NCBI GenBank assembly: GCA_944350085.1
Contig: CALVNY010000004.1
Location: 2,724-66,723, forward strand
Direction: 5' to 3'
Origin: an uncultured Clostridia bacterium
Lineage (GTDB): Bacteria; Bacillota; Clostridia; Christensenellales; UBA1242
Length of the DNA: 64,000 nucleotides
Shown: positions 26,616 through 35,369 of the stretch, piece by piece
How positions within the stretch are numbered: the first letter of the stretch is position 1
Layout of the letters: each line of letters begins with the position of its first letter
Translations under genes and position numbers: made by a program
The notes under the pieces: generated by a model
Database searches by the model: none
What the model was told of the DNA's origin: nothing
Seen by the model: only the letters and a program-made list of their open reading frames with translations

Positions 26616-26993
26616 TTATTCCACCTCCACAACAGTAACATATCTTACCTTAACAATGTCCTTATATTTAAAATTGGAACATTTGTATTTTATAACATAA
26701 ACATCTGCAACACTTGTGTCCACTTCCCCTTCTACTGTTATGTCACTTGAAACATCTTTTCCAAATGATATTGCTCGTGCACCTTTGTCAAGATATGTGT
26801 CGCCTTTGTTTATTGTAATTTCCTTTTCTCCCACAATTTCAAATGTGTCGTTTTTAGTAATAAAATAACAACTAAACGCACCAAAAATTAAACCCAACAT
26901 TAAAAATATTAAACTTACTGCCAAAATTTTAGTATTTATTTTTTTTAAAGTCTTTTCAACTTTTTTACTCACTCTTTTATTATTGTTTGCCAT
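26616..26993 (-). CDS. membrane-anchored Ig-like (DUF5011-type) domain protein
   Basis: N-terminal TM anchor, then ITINKGDTYLDKGARAISFGKDVSSDITVEGEVDTSVADVYVIKY...RYVTV. Its stop abuts the start of the MBL gene. Confidence 0.6.
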   Translation of the reverse strand: MANNNKRVSKKVEKTLKKINTKILAVSLIFLMLGLIFGAFSCYFITKNDTFEIVGEKEITINKGDTYLDKGARAISFGKDVSSDITVEGEVDTSVADVYVIKYKCSNFKYKDIVKVRYVTVVEVE

Positions 26994-27188
26994 AATAACC
27001 TCTTAACAATATATTACCAAAATATTTTTTAGTTGTAATGCAAATTTGCAACATATACTTCAAAAAAATTTTTATAAAAAACCTCTTTTTATTTTATATT
27101 TTAATGTAAATATAAAAATAAAAACTAGATGCTTTATTAAAATCACAATTTAAAATCGTTATGAATAAAAATATTAAAGGAGGATAAA

Positions 27189-27533
27189 ATGTTGAACTTT
27201 TTTAATAATTCATATAATAATGACAATAAGTTTAAAACATCAGAAAACAAGGAAACTACAAATCGGGGTAATTCTAATATGACTATGGATTTTGACACTT
27301 TGCAAAAAGCACGCCAAAATTTGGTTGGCAAAATACAAGCAATAATTGAATATGACAACCACATACATACAACCAACAATTCTTATGCAAAAACAACTTG
27401 GGAAGGCATAAAAAATGAAGAATTAGCCCATGTTGGCGAATTTTTAGGGCTTATTAATTATTTAGACCCCAACCAAAAACAATATGTTGAAAAAGGGTTT
27501 AGAGAGTTTGAAGAAATTCTTAAAAAAATGTAA
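27189..27533 (+). CDS. small two-helix ferritin-like protein (EncFtn / half-ferritin-like)
   Basis: KIQAIIEYDNHIHTT...IKNEELAHVGEFLGLINYLDP resembles the EEIEAIxWYxQRI...NRDEExEHAxMxLEWLRR pattern of encapsulated-ferritin-type proteins. AGGAGG RBS. Followed by its own terminator. Confidence 0.4.
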   Translation: MLNFFNNSYNNDNKFKTSENKETTNRGNSNMTMDFDTLQKARQNLVGKIQAIIEYDNHIHTTNNSYAKTTWEGIKNEELAHVGEFLGLINYLDPNQKQYVEKGFREFEEILKKM

Positions 27534-27534
27534 T

Positions 27535-27568
27535 AAAAAAGCAATTCTAATTTAGAGTTGCTTTTTTT
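27535..27568 (+). terminator. terminator after the ferritin-like gene
   Basis: aaaaaaGCAATTCTAAtttAGAGTTGCttttttt. Confidence 0.75.
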
Positions 27569-27746
27569 TAATTTTAATAATTGTTGTAAGTTAAAATTTA
27601 ATGCCAAAAAATTAAAATAATGTTAAAATAAATTAAATCATTAAAAACGCAATATAAAATTGAATAAAATAACAGTTTTAAAACTTATTTGTTTTATCTT
27701 TATATCACATTAAAAAATTAAAATATTATAAATTGGAGAAATTTTT

Positions 27747-28256
27747 ATGAATAAAATATACTTATTAACAGGGCCAGCCGGTGTTGGGAAAAGCACAATT
27801 TCAAAATTAATTGCCACAAATTTAGAAAAAAGCGTGCTTATTGAGGGAGATGAAATATATCATCTAGTCGTTGGAGGATATGTTAGTCCATGGAAAAACG
27901 GAAATCATTTAAGTTTGTTTTGGCAGAATTGCAAAAGCATTATTACAAACTCAATAAGAAGTGGCTATGATGTTGTTTTTAACTATATCTTAGACAAAAA
28001 ACAAGTTTTAGATATAAAACAAACTTTTAGTAATTGCCAAATTAAGTTTGTTTGCTTAATGGTTGATGAAAAAACAATAGTTGAAAGAGACAAGCTTAGG
28101 CCCCTAGATTGTCAAATGGGAGAAAGGTCTTTAATATTATTAAAATCAATGAAGCAAAAAAAATTCAATAAAAACAACATTTTAGACACAACCAACTTAA
28201 CCGAAAACGAAACTTATTTAGAAGTTTTAAATAATGATAAATTTATTTTAAAATAA
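27747..28256 (+). CDS. P-loop kinase/NTPase (AAA_33 / CPT-like)
   Basis: MNKIYLLTGPAGVGKST Walker A at the extreme N-terminus, IEGDEIY, 169 aa. Substrate unknown. Confidence 0.5.
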   Translation: MNKIYLLTGPAGVGKSTISKLIATNLEKSVLIEGDEIYHLVVGGYVSPWKNGNHLSLFWQNCKSIITNSIRSGYDVVFNYILDKKQVLDIKQTFSNCQIKFVCLMVDEKTIVERDKLRPLDCQMGERSLILLKSMKQKKFNKNNILDTTNLTENETYLEVLNNDKFILK

Positions 28257-28374
28257 AAAAACATTAAAAGATAATTGCAAGGAAATTAAAAAAATTGGTA
28301 TAAATATTTTGTTAGATGCAATTAAATATATTGAAAGTTTATAAGGAAATTTAGTAAAACACATATTAAAACTC

Positions 28375-29304
28375 ATGGAAAACATAATTGAAATTAAAAA
28401 TTTAAATAAATCGTTTAATGAAGTTAAGGCTGTTCAAAATTTAAGCATAAAAGTTAAAAAGGGTCAACTTTATGCTTTTTTAGGTTTAAATGGTGCAGGC
28501 AAAAGCACAACCATTTCTATAATGTGTGGGCACTTAAAAAAAGATAGTGGAAAAGTTTTTATAAATGGTGAAGACCTTGATGAAAATTTGGACAAAATAA
28601 AAAACACTCTTGGTGTTGTTTTTCAATTTTCGTGCTTAGACAAGCCTTTAACCGTAAAAGAAAATCTAACATTTAGAGCAAAATTATATGGACTAACCGA
28701 CCTTGAAATTAAAAAGAGATTAGATGAACTGGACAACCTTATAAACATAAAACCACTATTTAACAAAGTTTTTGAAAAACTTTCTGGTGGCGAAAAAAGA
28801 CGAGTTGACATAGCAAGAGCCTTAATCCACAACCCTAGTATTTTAATTTTGGACGAGCCTACCACTGGACTTGACCCACAAACACGAAAAATGGTTTGGA
28901 ATGCTATTAACACACTAAGGGCAAAAACCAATTTAACTGTTTTTTTAACAACACATTACATGGAAGAAACAAGTGAAGCTGATTATGTTGTAATTTTAGA
29001 TAAAGGCAAAATTGTGGCAGAAGGCACTCCAATAGATTTAAAAAACAAATACACACAAGATTATATTTATTTGTACAACACATCAGAAACCCAAATCAAA
29101 TCTTTAAATTTGCCTTACAAAAAAGTTGTTGGTGGCTACAAGATTTCAATTCCAACCACCAAAGTTGCAACAGATTTGATTACAAAAAACCCCAAAATTT
29201 TTACTGACTACGAAATAATTAAAGGCAATATGGACGATGTGTTTTTAAATGTTACCGGAAAAAATCTAAAGGAGGAAAACAATGACACTGCAAACTTTAA
29301 TTAA
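28375..29304 (+). CDS. ABC transporter ATP-binding protein (ABC-2 / DrrA-like)
   Basis: GLNGAGKST Walker A, LSGGEKRRVDIA signature, ILILDEPTTGLD Walker B. Confidence 0.85.
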   Translation: MENIIEIKNLNKSFNEVKAVQNLSIKVKKGQLYAFLGLNGAGKSTTISIMCGHLKKDSGKVFINGEDLDENLDKIKNTLGVVFQFSCLDKPLTVKENLTFRAKLYGLTDLEIKKRLDELDNLINIKPLFNKVFEKLSGGEKRRVDIARALIHNPSILILDEPTTGLDPQTRKMVWNAINTLRAKTNLTVFLTTHYMEETSEADYVVILDKGKIVAEGTPIDLKNKYTQDYIYLYNTSETQIKSLNLPYKKVVGGYKISIPTTKVATDLITKNPKIFTDYEIIKGNMDDVFLNVTGKNLKEENNDTANFN

Positions 29305-30202
29305 AAGAAACATAAAAGTTTATTTTAAAGACAAAGGCGTTTTCTTTCCATCCCTTATTACTCCACTAATATTGCTTGTTTTGTTTGTTACATTTTTAAA
29401 AAATGTTTATATAGATAGTTTAAAAATGCAACTTCCAGAAAGCATAGTTTTGTCTAAAACATTGTTAAATGGTTTTGCTGGAAGTTGGCTAATTTCATCT
29501 TTGCTTGCAACATCTTGCATAACAATTGCGTTTTGTGCAAATATGGTTATGGTGCAGGACAAAGTTAATGGAAATTTTAAAGATTTAACAATCGCTCCAA
29601 TTAAAATTTCAACACTAAATTTAAGTTATTACATAGCAACAGCAATTGTAACCTTGTTGATTTGTTATGTTGCACTATTTGTTGGCTTATTTTATCTAAG
29701 TTTTGTTGGATTTTATTTGTCTTTCTTAGATGTTCTACTAACTTTTGTTGATGTGTTTTTGCTTGTTTTATTTGGAACAGCATTGTCATCATTGGTTTGC
29801 AGATTTTTAAAAAGCCAAGGAGCAATTAGTGCCGTTGCAAGTTTAGTAAGCACCATTTACGGCTTTATTTGTGGCGCATATATGCCAATATCTCAATTTG
29901 GCAAAACCTTACAAAATATTTTAATGTTCTTCCCCGGAACTTACGGAACAGGATTAATAAGAAAACATATGACTCGTGGCATAATAAATGAATTTGCAAA
30001 AAATGGCATAGGAAATCAAACCATTGAAGCTATATCAAAATCTTTTGATTTAAAGTTAACTTTTTTTAATAACAATGTAAGCGAACTCGCAATGTATTTG
30101 GTTTTAATATCAACTATTTGTGTGTTGGTTTTAATCTTTCTTGTTTTAAATTACAAAGTTAAAAAAGTTAGACATCAGCATAAAATTAAAACAATAAGTT
30201 AA
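29282..30202 (+). CDS. ABC-2 type transporter permease
   Basis: Six predicted TM helices. Overlaps the ATPase gene by 23 nt. Confidence 0.7.
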   Translation: MTLQTLIKRNIKVYFKDKGVFFPSLITPLILLVLFVTFLKNVYIDSLKMQLPESIVLSKTLLNGFAGSWLISSLLATSCITIAFCANMVMVQDKVNGNFKDLTIAPIKISTLNLSYYIATAIVTLLICYVALFVGLFYLSFVGFYLSFLDVLLTFVDVFLLVLFGTALSSLVCRFLKSQGAISAVASLVSTIYGFICGAYMPISQFGKTLQNILMFFPGTYGTGLIRKHMTRGIINEFAKNGIGNQTIEAISKSFDLKLTFFNNNVSELAMYLVLISTICVLVLIFLVLNYKVKKVRHQHKIKTIS

Positions 30203-30274
30203 GTCAACCACACAAACCTAGTTAGTTGCAACTAACAACAAAATTAAAACAAAAAAATTCAGATAAAGTTTACA

Positions 30275-30305
30275 AAAAACCCAACTTTTAAAAAGTTGGG
30301 TTTTA
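30275..30305. terminator. bidirectional terminator
   Basis: AAAACCCAACTTTT a AAAAGTTGGGTTTT. Confidence 0.8.
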
Positions 30306-30333
30306 TTTTTCACACAAATTTTCAATTTTAATT

Positions 30334-31182
30334 TTATATAAATTTTATTTTAATAATTGTTGAATCATCGCTCAACTTAAATCTAGGATAACGGTTATAT
30401 AAAGAATCTTCTTGCTGACAAGAAACAAGTTTTTGATAGTAATAGTCGGCATCTTTTTCATTGTTTATACAATTAAACATTTCTTTTGCTTTTACTATCT
30501 TAAACAAGTCATAAATTTGTGAATAACCATCAGACATAATTAAAATTTCATCAACATTTTTTAAATCGTAACAAACAGTTTTTCCAAACTTAATAACCCC
30601 TTTACTTTCACCAAAAACATAATATCCTTTAGGTTTGTTTTTTAATTCAACCCTGCGATTTAAAATGATGTGATTGTTTGATTTACACGCATCATAAAAA
30701 GAACAACTATTGCTATGTTGATATTTTTTAAATATTCTTATGGTTGTTTGGTCAAACTTTACCAAATCTTTTCGGCAAATTTGTTTTATTTTTCCATTTG
30801 TCAATTTAACTAATATTGGACTATCCCCCAAAGTGTAAAAAACAATTTTGTTTTGTTCAATTCTAAAAATTGAAACACAACAACTAGGAGCATCAATTAC
30901 AATTCTTCCGTTTAAAAGTTTATTATATTCTTTAAACACATATTCCACGCAATCAGTTAAAATTTCTGCAATAGATTTACTTTTGTTTGCAAGATTTTGA
31001 ATTAAATAATTTTTAACCTTTGTTACAAGCCATAAAGCATCGCTTTTTTCTTCGGTAACTTTCTCGCCCGATAGTCCGGTTGCACCATCTAGCACAAAAC
31101 CAAAATCTTCACAAATAAAACACGCATCTTCATTATAACCATTGCGTAATGTGTTTGAATAACTAAAATATGTTTTTCCCAT
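30334..31182 (-). CDS. PP2C-like (PP2C_2-type) phosphatase-domain protein
   Basis: EDACFICEDFGFVLDGATGLSG near the N-terminus and ILIMSDGYSQIYD near the C-terminus resemble PP2C metal-binding Asp blocks. No TM or signal peptide. Confidence 0.45.
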   Translation of the reverse strand: MGKTYFSYSNTLRNGYNEDACFICEDFGFVLDGATGLSGEKVTEEKSDALWLVTKVKNYLIQNLANKSKSIAEILTDCVEYVFKEYNKLLNGRIVIDAPSCCVSIFRIEQNKIVFYTLGDSPILVKLTNGKIKQICRKDLVKFDQTTIRIFKKYQHSNSCSFYDACKSNNHIILNRRVELKNKPKGYYVFGESKGVIKFGKTVCYDLKNVDEILIMSDGYSQIYDLFKIVKAKEMFNCINNEKDADYYYQKLVSCQQEDSLYNRYPRFKLSDDSTIIKIKFI

Positions 31183-31295
31183 ACTAGTGTTTTAAATATT
31201 TTGTTAAATTTTGTCAACTTATTTTATTAATGCCAACAAATCTAAATAGATCTAATAATAAAATATAAAATTTTTTTAAAGTTTTTTATTTAATT

Positions 31296-31327
31296 AAAAA
31301 AATCTAGCAATATAAAAATTTGCTAGA
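31296..31327 (-). terminator. terminator downstream of tRNA-Arg
   Basis: TCTAGCAA tataaaaat TTGCTAGA. On the minus strand it is followed by a T-run. Confidence 0.65.
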
Positions 31328-31388
31328 AAATTAAATTTTAAAACTTAAAAAATACTTTTAATATAAAATATTTTTAATTTATAATATT

Positions 31389-31465
31389 TGGTGCTCCACG
31401 AGGGATTCTAACCCCCAACCCTCGGTTCCGAAGACCAATGCTCTATACAGTTGAGCTAGTGGAGC
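31389..31465 (-). tRNA. tRNA-Arg (anticodon UCG), CCA encoded
   Basis: Minus strand GCTCCAC TA GCTC AACTGTATA GAGC A TTGGT CTTCGGA ACCGA GGGTT GGGGG TTAGAAT CCCTC GTGGAGC A CCA. This is a full cloverleaf with a perfect 7-bp acceptor stem, anticodon loop CT-TCG-GA, and A at position 20. Confidence 0.85.
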
Positions 31466-31484
31466 AAAATGATAATTTTTTTAT

Positions 31485-31551
31485 GGGGATTATCAAACCC
31501 CAAAATATGTGTTCCGAAAACTGATGCTCTATACAGTTAAGATAGTTGTGC
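31485..31551 (-). pseudogene. decayed tandem copy of the tRNA-Arg gene (5' two-thirds recognisable, no 3' acceptor strand)
   Basis: Minus strand GCACAACTATCTTAACTGTATAGAGCATCAGTTTTCGGAACACATATTTTGGGGTTTGATAATCCCC. The block AACTGTATAGAGCAT and the segment TTCGGAAC are identical to the functional gene. The stems no longer pair and the acceptor 3' strand is absent. Confidence 0.6.
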
Positions 31552-31754
31552 ATAATTTTTAATTTAAAGTTTTGTAAATATGGTTAATATTTAAAATTAA
31601 AAATTAATTTAATACGTAATTTTTTCTTTTGTTTTAACATTTACATTATACACTTAATTTTTGATTGTTTCAAGTTTATAAATAGAACAAAAATCCTTGA
31701 CTATAATTTAAAGTTAAAATACACTTAAATTATATATAAATCAAGGAGAAAACT

Positions 31755-33257
31755 GTGTCAAAAAATAAAAATAAAGATTTTGAAAATGCTAATTTGATGA
31801 CTGAGGATACTAAGCAAAATACAGAAATTTTAGAAAGTTCTGCAGTTAATAACAAAACCGACTCCATAAGCGATGGTGAAACTAAAACAAATAAAACTAA
31901 AAATGGCTTTGGCTACAAATTAGATAAATTTTTTAAATTAACAGAAAGAGGCAGTAGTGTTAAACAAGAATTTACAGGAGGCCTTGTTAATTTTTTAGTT
32001 TTATCATATATGCTTGTTGTTATCCCTGGCCTTTTTAATGGAATTGATGGTGGTTCACTTTGGAAAGCACTTTTTGTTGCCACAATTTTAACCACAATTA
32101 TTGCAACCGTTTGTATGGCATTATATGTTAATTTGCCTATTATTTTAGCACCCGGCATTGGGCTTGTTAGTTATATTGTTCAACTTATTGAAAACGGAAC
32201 ATATTCCTATGCAGAATCAATGTCTATATGTTTTATTGCTGGAATTGTATTTTTGGTTTTAACATTGTCTGGTTTAAGGCGTAAAATTGTTGATGCAATA
32301 CCTCTTTGCATAAAGGTTGCAGTTCCAACAGGTGTTGGACTATTTATATTAAATGTTGGTTTAGGAAGTAGTAACAGTGGCATTTTAGATATGCTTAATG
32401 GCACAGCAACAAGTTTTGCACCAATTGTGGCTTTTGTAAGTTTTATTATTATGGTGGTTTTGTACATTAAAAATGTTAAGGGCAGCATTTTTATTGGTAT
32501 TGTTAGTGGAACAGTTTTAGATATAATAATTAAATTATGTATGAAAATTAATCCATTTAAAGCCCTAACAGAAAATAGCTGGTTGCCACCTTTTAACGAA
32601 TTAACAAACAACAGTTTGTTTAAATTTGATTTTGCAGGATTGTTTGATGGAAACATTGTGTCGGCAATTTTAAGTGTGTTGCTTGTTGTGTTTGCAGTGG
32701 TTTTAATTGACTTATTCGACACAGTAGGCACTCTTTACGCAACAGCCGAAAAAGGCAAATTGCTTGATGAAAAAGGCGAAGTTTTGAATATGAATAGAGC
32801 AATGATTGTTGATGGTTGTGGAGCATTGGTTAGCACAAGTTTTGGGCTTCCAAACACAACAAGTTATGTGGAAAGCACAGCAGGTGTTGCAAGTGGTGCA
32901 AGAACCGGACTATCTAGCCTATTTACAAGTTTATTCTTCATTTTGGCATTATTTATTAGCCCACTAGTTATGTTGATTCCTGTTTACGCAACCTCGCCTG
33001 CACTAATTTTGGTTGGGCTATTGATGTTTGATTCTGTTGTTAAAATTGACTATAAAGATTTGTCAACTTCAATTCCTGCAATTTTAACTATAATTATTAT
33101 GCCATTAACCAGCAACATAACATTTGGAATTGCAATGGGATTGATTTCCTACACATTAATTATGATGCTTACTGGAAGATTTAAAAAGGTTAATGTGTTT
33201 ACTTACATTATAACTGTTTTATTTATTTTGTATTTTATTATGTTGTACATTAAATAG
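31755..33257 (+). CDS. NCS2-family purine permease (AzgA/PbuG-like adenine/guanine/hypoxanthine permease)
   Basis: FKLTERGSSVKQEFTGGLVNFLVLSYMLVVIP and a polytopic TM layout. GTG start behind AGGAGA. Hydrophilic N-terminal extension of about 55 aa. Confidence 0.8.
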   Translation: MSKNKNKDFENANLMTEDTKQNTEILESSAVNNKTDSISDGETKTNKTKNGFGYKLDKFFKLTERGSSVKQEFTGGLVNFLVLSYMLVVIPGLFNGIDGGSLWKALFVATILTTIIATVCMALYVNLPIILAPGIGLVSYIVQLIENGTYSYAESMSICFIAGIVFLVLTLSGLRRKIVDAIPLCIKVAVPTGVGLFILNVGLGSSNSGILDMLNGTATSFAPIVAFVSFIIMVVLYIKNVKGSIFIGIVSGTVLDIIIKLCMKINPFKALTENSWLPPFNELTNNSLFKFDFAGLFDGNIVSAILSVLLVVFAVVLIDLFDTVGTLYATAEKGKLLDEKGEVLNMNRAMIVDGCGALVSTSFGLPNTTSYVESTAGVASGARTGLSSLFTSLFFILALFISPLVMLIPVYATSPALILVGLLMFDSVVKIDYKDLSTSIPAILTIIIMPLTSNITFGIAMGLISYTLIMMLTGRFKKVNVFTYIITVLFILYFIMLYIK

Positions 33258-33332
33258 TTAGTTAAATTGCACTAAATTGAAATTAGTTTGATTAACAATT
33301 AAACACTCTTTAATTTTAATTTACAAAAATTT

Positions 33333-33377
33333 ACAAATATCATAAATTTTTTAAATTGATATTTGTATTTTTTTTTG
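33333..33377 (+). terminator. terminator after the permease gene
   Basis: Perfect 10-bp stem ACAAATATCA / TGATATTTGT with a 14-nt loop, followed by ATTTTTTTTTT. Confidence 0.6.
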
Positions 33378-33423
33378 TTAATGTTGTATACTTTAAATGT
33401 AAAATTAGATAAAAGGAGCAATT

Positions 33424-35208
33424 ATGAAATTAAGAAGCGAAATTGAAGATAAGTACAAATGGAACTTAAAAGATATATATAAAAGTGAAAATGATTTTAA
33501 ACTTGATTTTGAAAAATACAAAGAAATGTCTAAAAAAATTGAGTCTTTTAAAGGAAAACTAAACGATATAAACACATTTTATGAATACTTAAAGTTTGAA
33601 GATGAACTAGACTTTATAGGTGGCAAAGTTGGACTTTATGTTTTTTTAAAACGAGATGAAGATATTTCAAACTCAAAAAATGTTGAAATGCTAAATATGG
33701 TTAGTAGTTTTCAAAATAAAGTTAGTGCGCTTACAAGTTTTGTTGAGCCAGAAATTTTAAAATTTTCAAGCAAATATTTAAAACAAATATACGCAGATAA
33801 AAGGTTTGAACCATATAAAATTGCAATTGATGATATTGTTAGAAGCAAAGCACACATTTTAGACGACAAAACTGAAAAGTTGCTAACCAAAGTTGGTGAA
33901 TTTGCTGGTGGATTTAGTGATGTTTACGACAACATGGAAAGTGTTGATTTAACTTACGATTCTTTTAAATATAAAGGTAAAGTTTATGAAGTAACACCAG
34001 GAAGTTATAGTGTTCTTAGGGAAAGTAAAATTCGTGAAATAAGAAAAAAATCTTACGAAAATATGTACAAAGCATTTAAGAATTTTTCAAATGTAATTGC
34101 AACAAACTATATTTACAATGTTAAAGCAGATTGGTTTTTTGCAAAAGAACATAATTACGAAAGTTGTTTAGATGCAGAATTTGAAGGCAGAAATTTAAAC
34201 AAAAACATTTACTATAATTTAATTAAAAATGTTGATAACAACTTAAACTTGGCTCATGAATATTTTAAAATTTTAAAAAATCAAAGCAAACTTGAAGATT
34301 TTACAGTTTACGATATTTATGCTCCGCTTGTAAAATATGACCGAACTTTTAGCGTGGAAGAAAGCAAAGAAATTGTTATGTCGGCTTTAAGTGTTTTGGG
34401 CGAAGACTACCTAAAAGTTTTAAAAGAAGGATTGGAATCTGGTTGGATAGATTATTTTGAAACAAAAGGCAAGGCAACCGGTGGCTATAAAGTTTCTGTT
34501 TATGGCACTCACCCATATATTCTTTTAAACTACGAGCCAAACTACACATCTTTGTCCACTCTTGCACACGAATTGGGGCATGCTTGCCATAGTTATTTTG
34601 GATATAAAAACAACCCAATTTCAACTGCTGATGAAAATTTGTTTGTTGCTGAAATTTCAAGCACAACAAACGAATTGTTGTTGTTAAAATATATGATTAA
34701 AAATGCAAAAAACAAACAAGAAAAATTGTTTTATTTGAACAAGTTTGTTAACGATTTTTACGCAACAATATTTACACAAACAATGTATTCAAAATTTGAA
34801 GTGTTTGCTCATGAAAAAATAGAAAATGATGAAAGTTTAAGCAAAGATATGCTTTGTGATTACTACGGCAAATTGGTTGAATCTTTCCACGGAAAAGCAG
34901 TGGTTCCACATGAGTACTCGAAATATGCATGGCTTAGAGTTCCACATTTTTATAGATGTTATTATGTTTACAAATACTCAACAAGTTATGCCGTTGCAAG
35001 TTTTGTTGCAAATAAAATTTGGGACAATAAAGACGATATGTTAAATAAATATAAAAAGTTTTTAAGTGCAGGAAGCAAATATTACCCAAAAGATGTTTTA
35101 AAAATTATTGATGTTGATCTAGAAAAAGATGATGTTTATAATGTTGCATTTGCCGAATTAAAATGGGCACTAGATGAAATTAAGAAATTAACAAAAAACA
35201 ACCATTAA
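33424..35208 (+). CDS. pepF: oligoendopeptidase F (M3B family)
   Basis: 594 aa, HELGHACH zinc motif. AAGGAG RBS. Confidence 0.85.
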   Translation: MKLRSEIEDKYKWNLKDIYKSENDFKLDFEKYKEMSKKIESFKGKLNDINTFYEYLKFEDELDFIGGKVGLYVFLKRDEDISNSKNVEMLNMVSSFQNKVSALTSFVEPEILKFSSKYLKQIYADKRFEPYKIAIDDIVRSKAHILDDKTEKLLTKVGEFAGGFSDVYDNMESVDLTYDSFKYKGKVYEVTPGSYSVLRESKIREIRKKSYENMYKAFKNFSNVIATNYIYNVKADWFFAKEHNYESCLDAEFEGRNLNKNIYYNLIKNVDNNLNLAHEYFKILKNQSKLEDFTVYDIYAPLVKYDRTFSVEESKEIVMSALSVLGEDYLKVLKEGLESGWIDYFETKGKATGGYKVSVYGTHPYILLNYEPNYTSLSTLAHELGHACHSYFGYKNNPISTADENLFVAEISSTTNELLLLKYMIKNAKNKQEKLFYLNKFVNDFYATIFTQTMYSKFEVFAHEKIENDESLSKDMLCDYYGKLVESFHGKAVVPHEYSKYAWLRVPHFYRCYYVYKYSTSYAVASFVANKIWDNKDDMLNKYKKFLSAGSKYYPKDVLKIIDVDLEKDDVYNVAFAELKWALDEIKKLTKNNH

Positions 35209-35219
35209 GGTTGTTTTTT
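35193..35219 (+). terminator. terminator overlapping the pepF stop
   Basis: AACAACC attaa GGTTGTT followed by a T-run. The stop codon lies in the loop. Confidence 0.7.
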
Positions 35220-35369
35220 ATTTTTTTACTTATTTAAAAATTTAATCAATTTTATATTTTGTTTTATTATTGCTTAGTTGTTATTTACACAAATATTATG
35301 CTTTGCTCACACTTTAATAATTGCAAAAAGTTGGCAAATTATGTATAATAATTTAAGGAGAAGTGCATT

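Noticed and set aside
27189-31182. Encapsulin nanocompartment locus, suggested by the EncFtn-like ORF.
   Set aside because: No HK97-fold shell candidate (about 260-300 aa) lies adjacent or anywhere in the window. The neighbours are a small kinase, an ABC-2 exporter and a PP2C-like protein.
31560-31754. Purine riboswitch upstream of the NCS2 purine permease.
   Set aside because: The leader is almost pure A/T. It lacks the conserved three-way-junction core segments of guanine/adenine riboswitches, and no terminator/antiterminator pair is visible.
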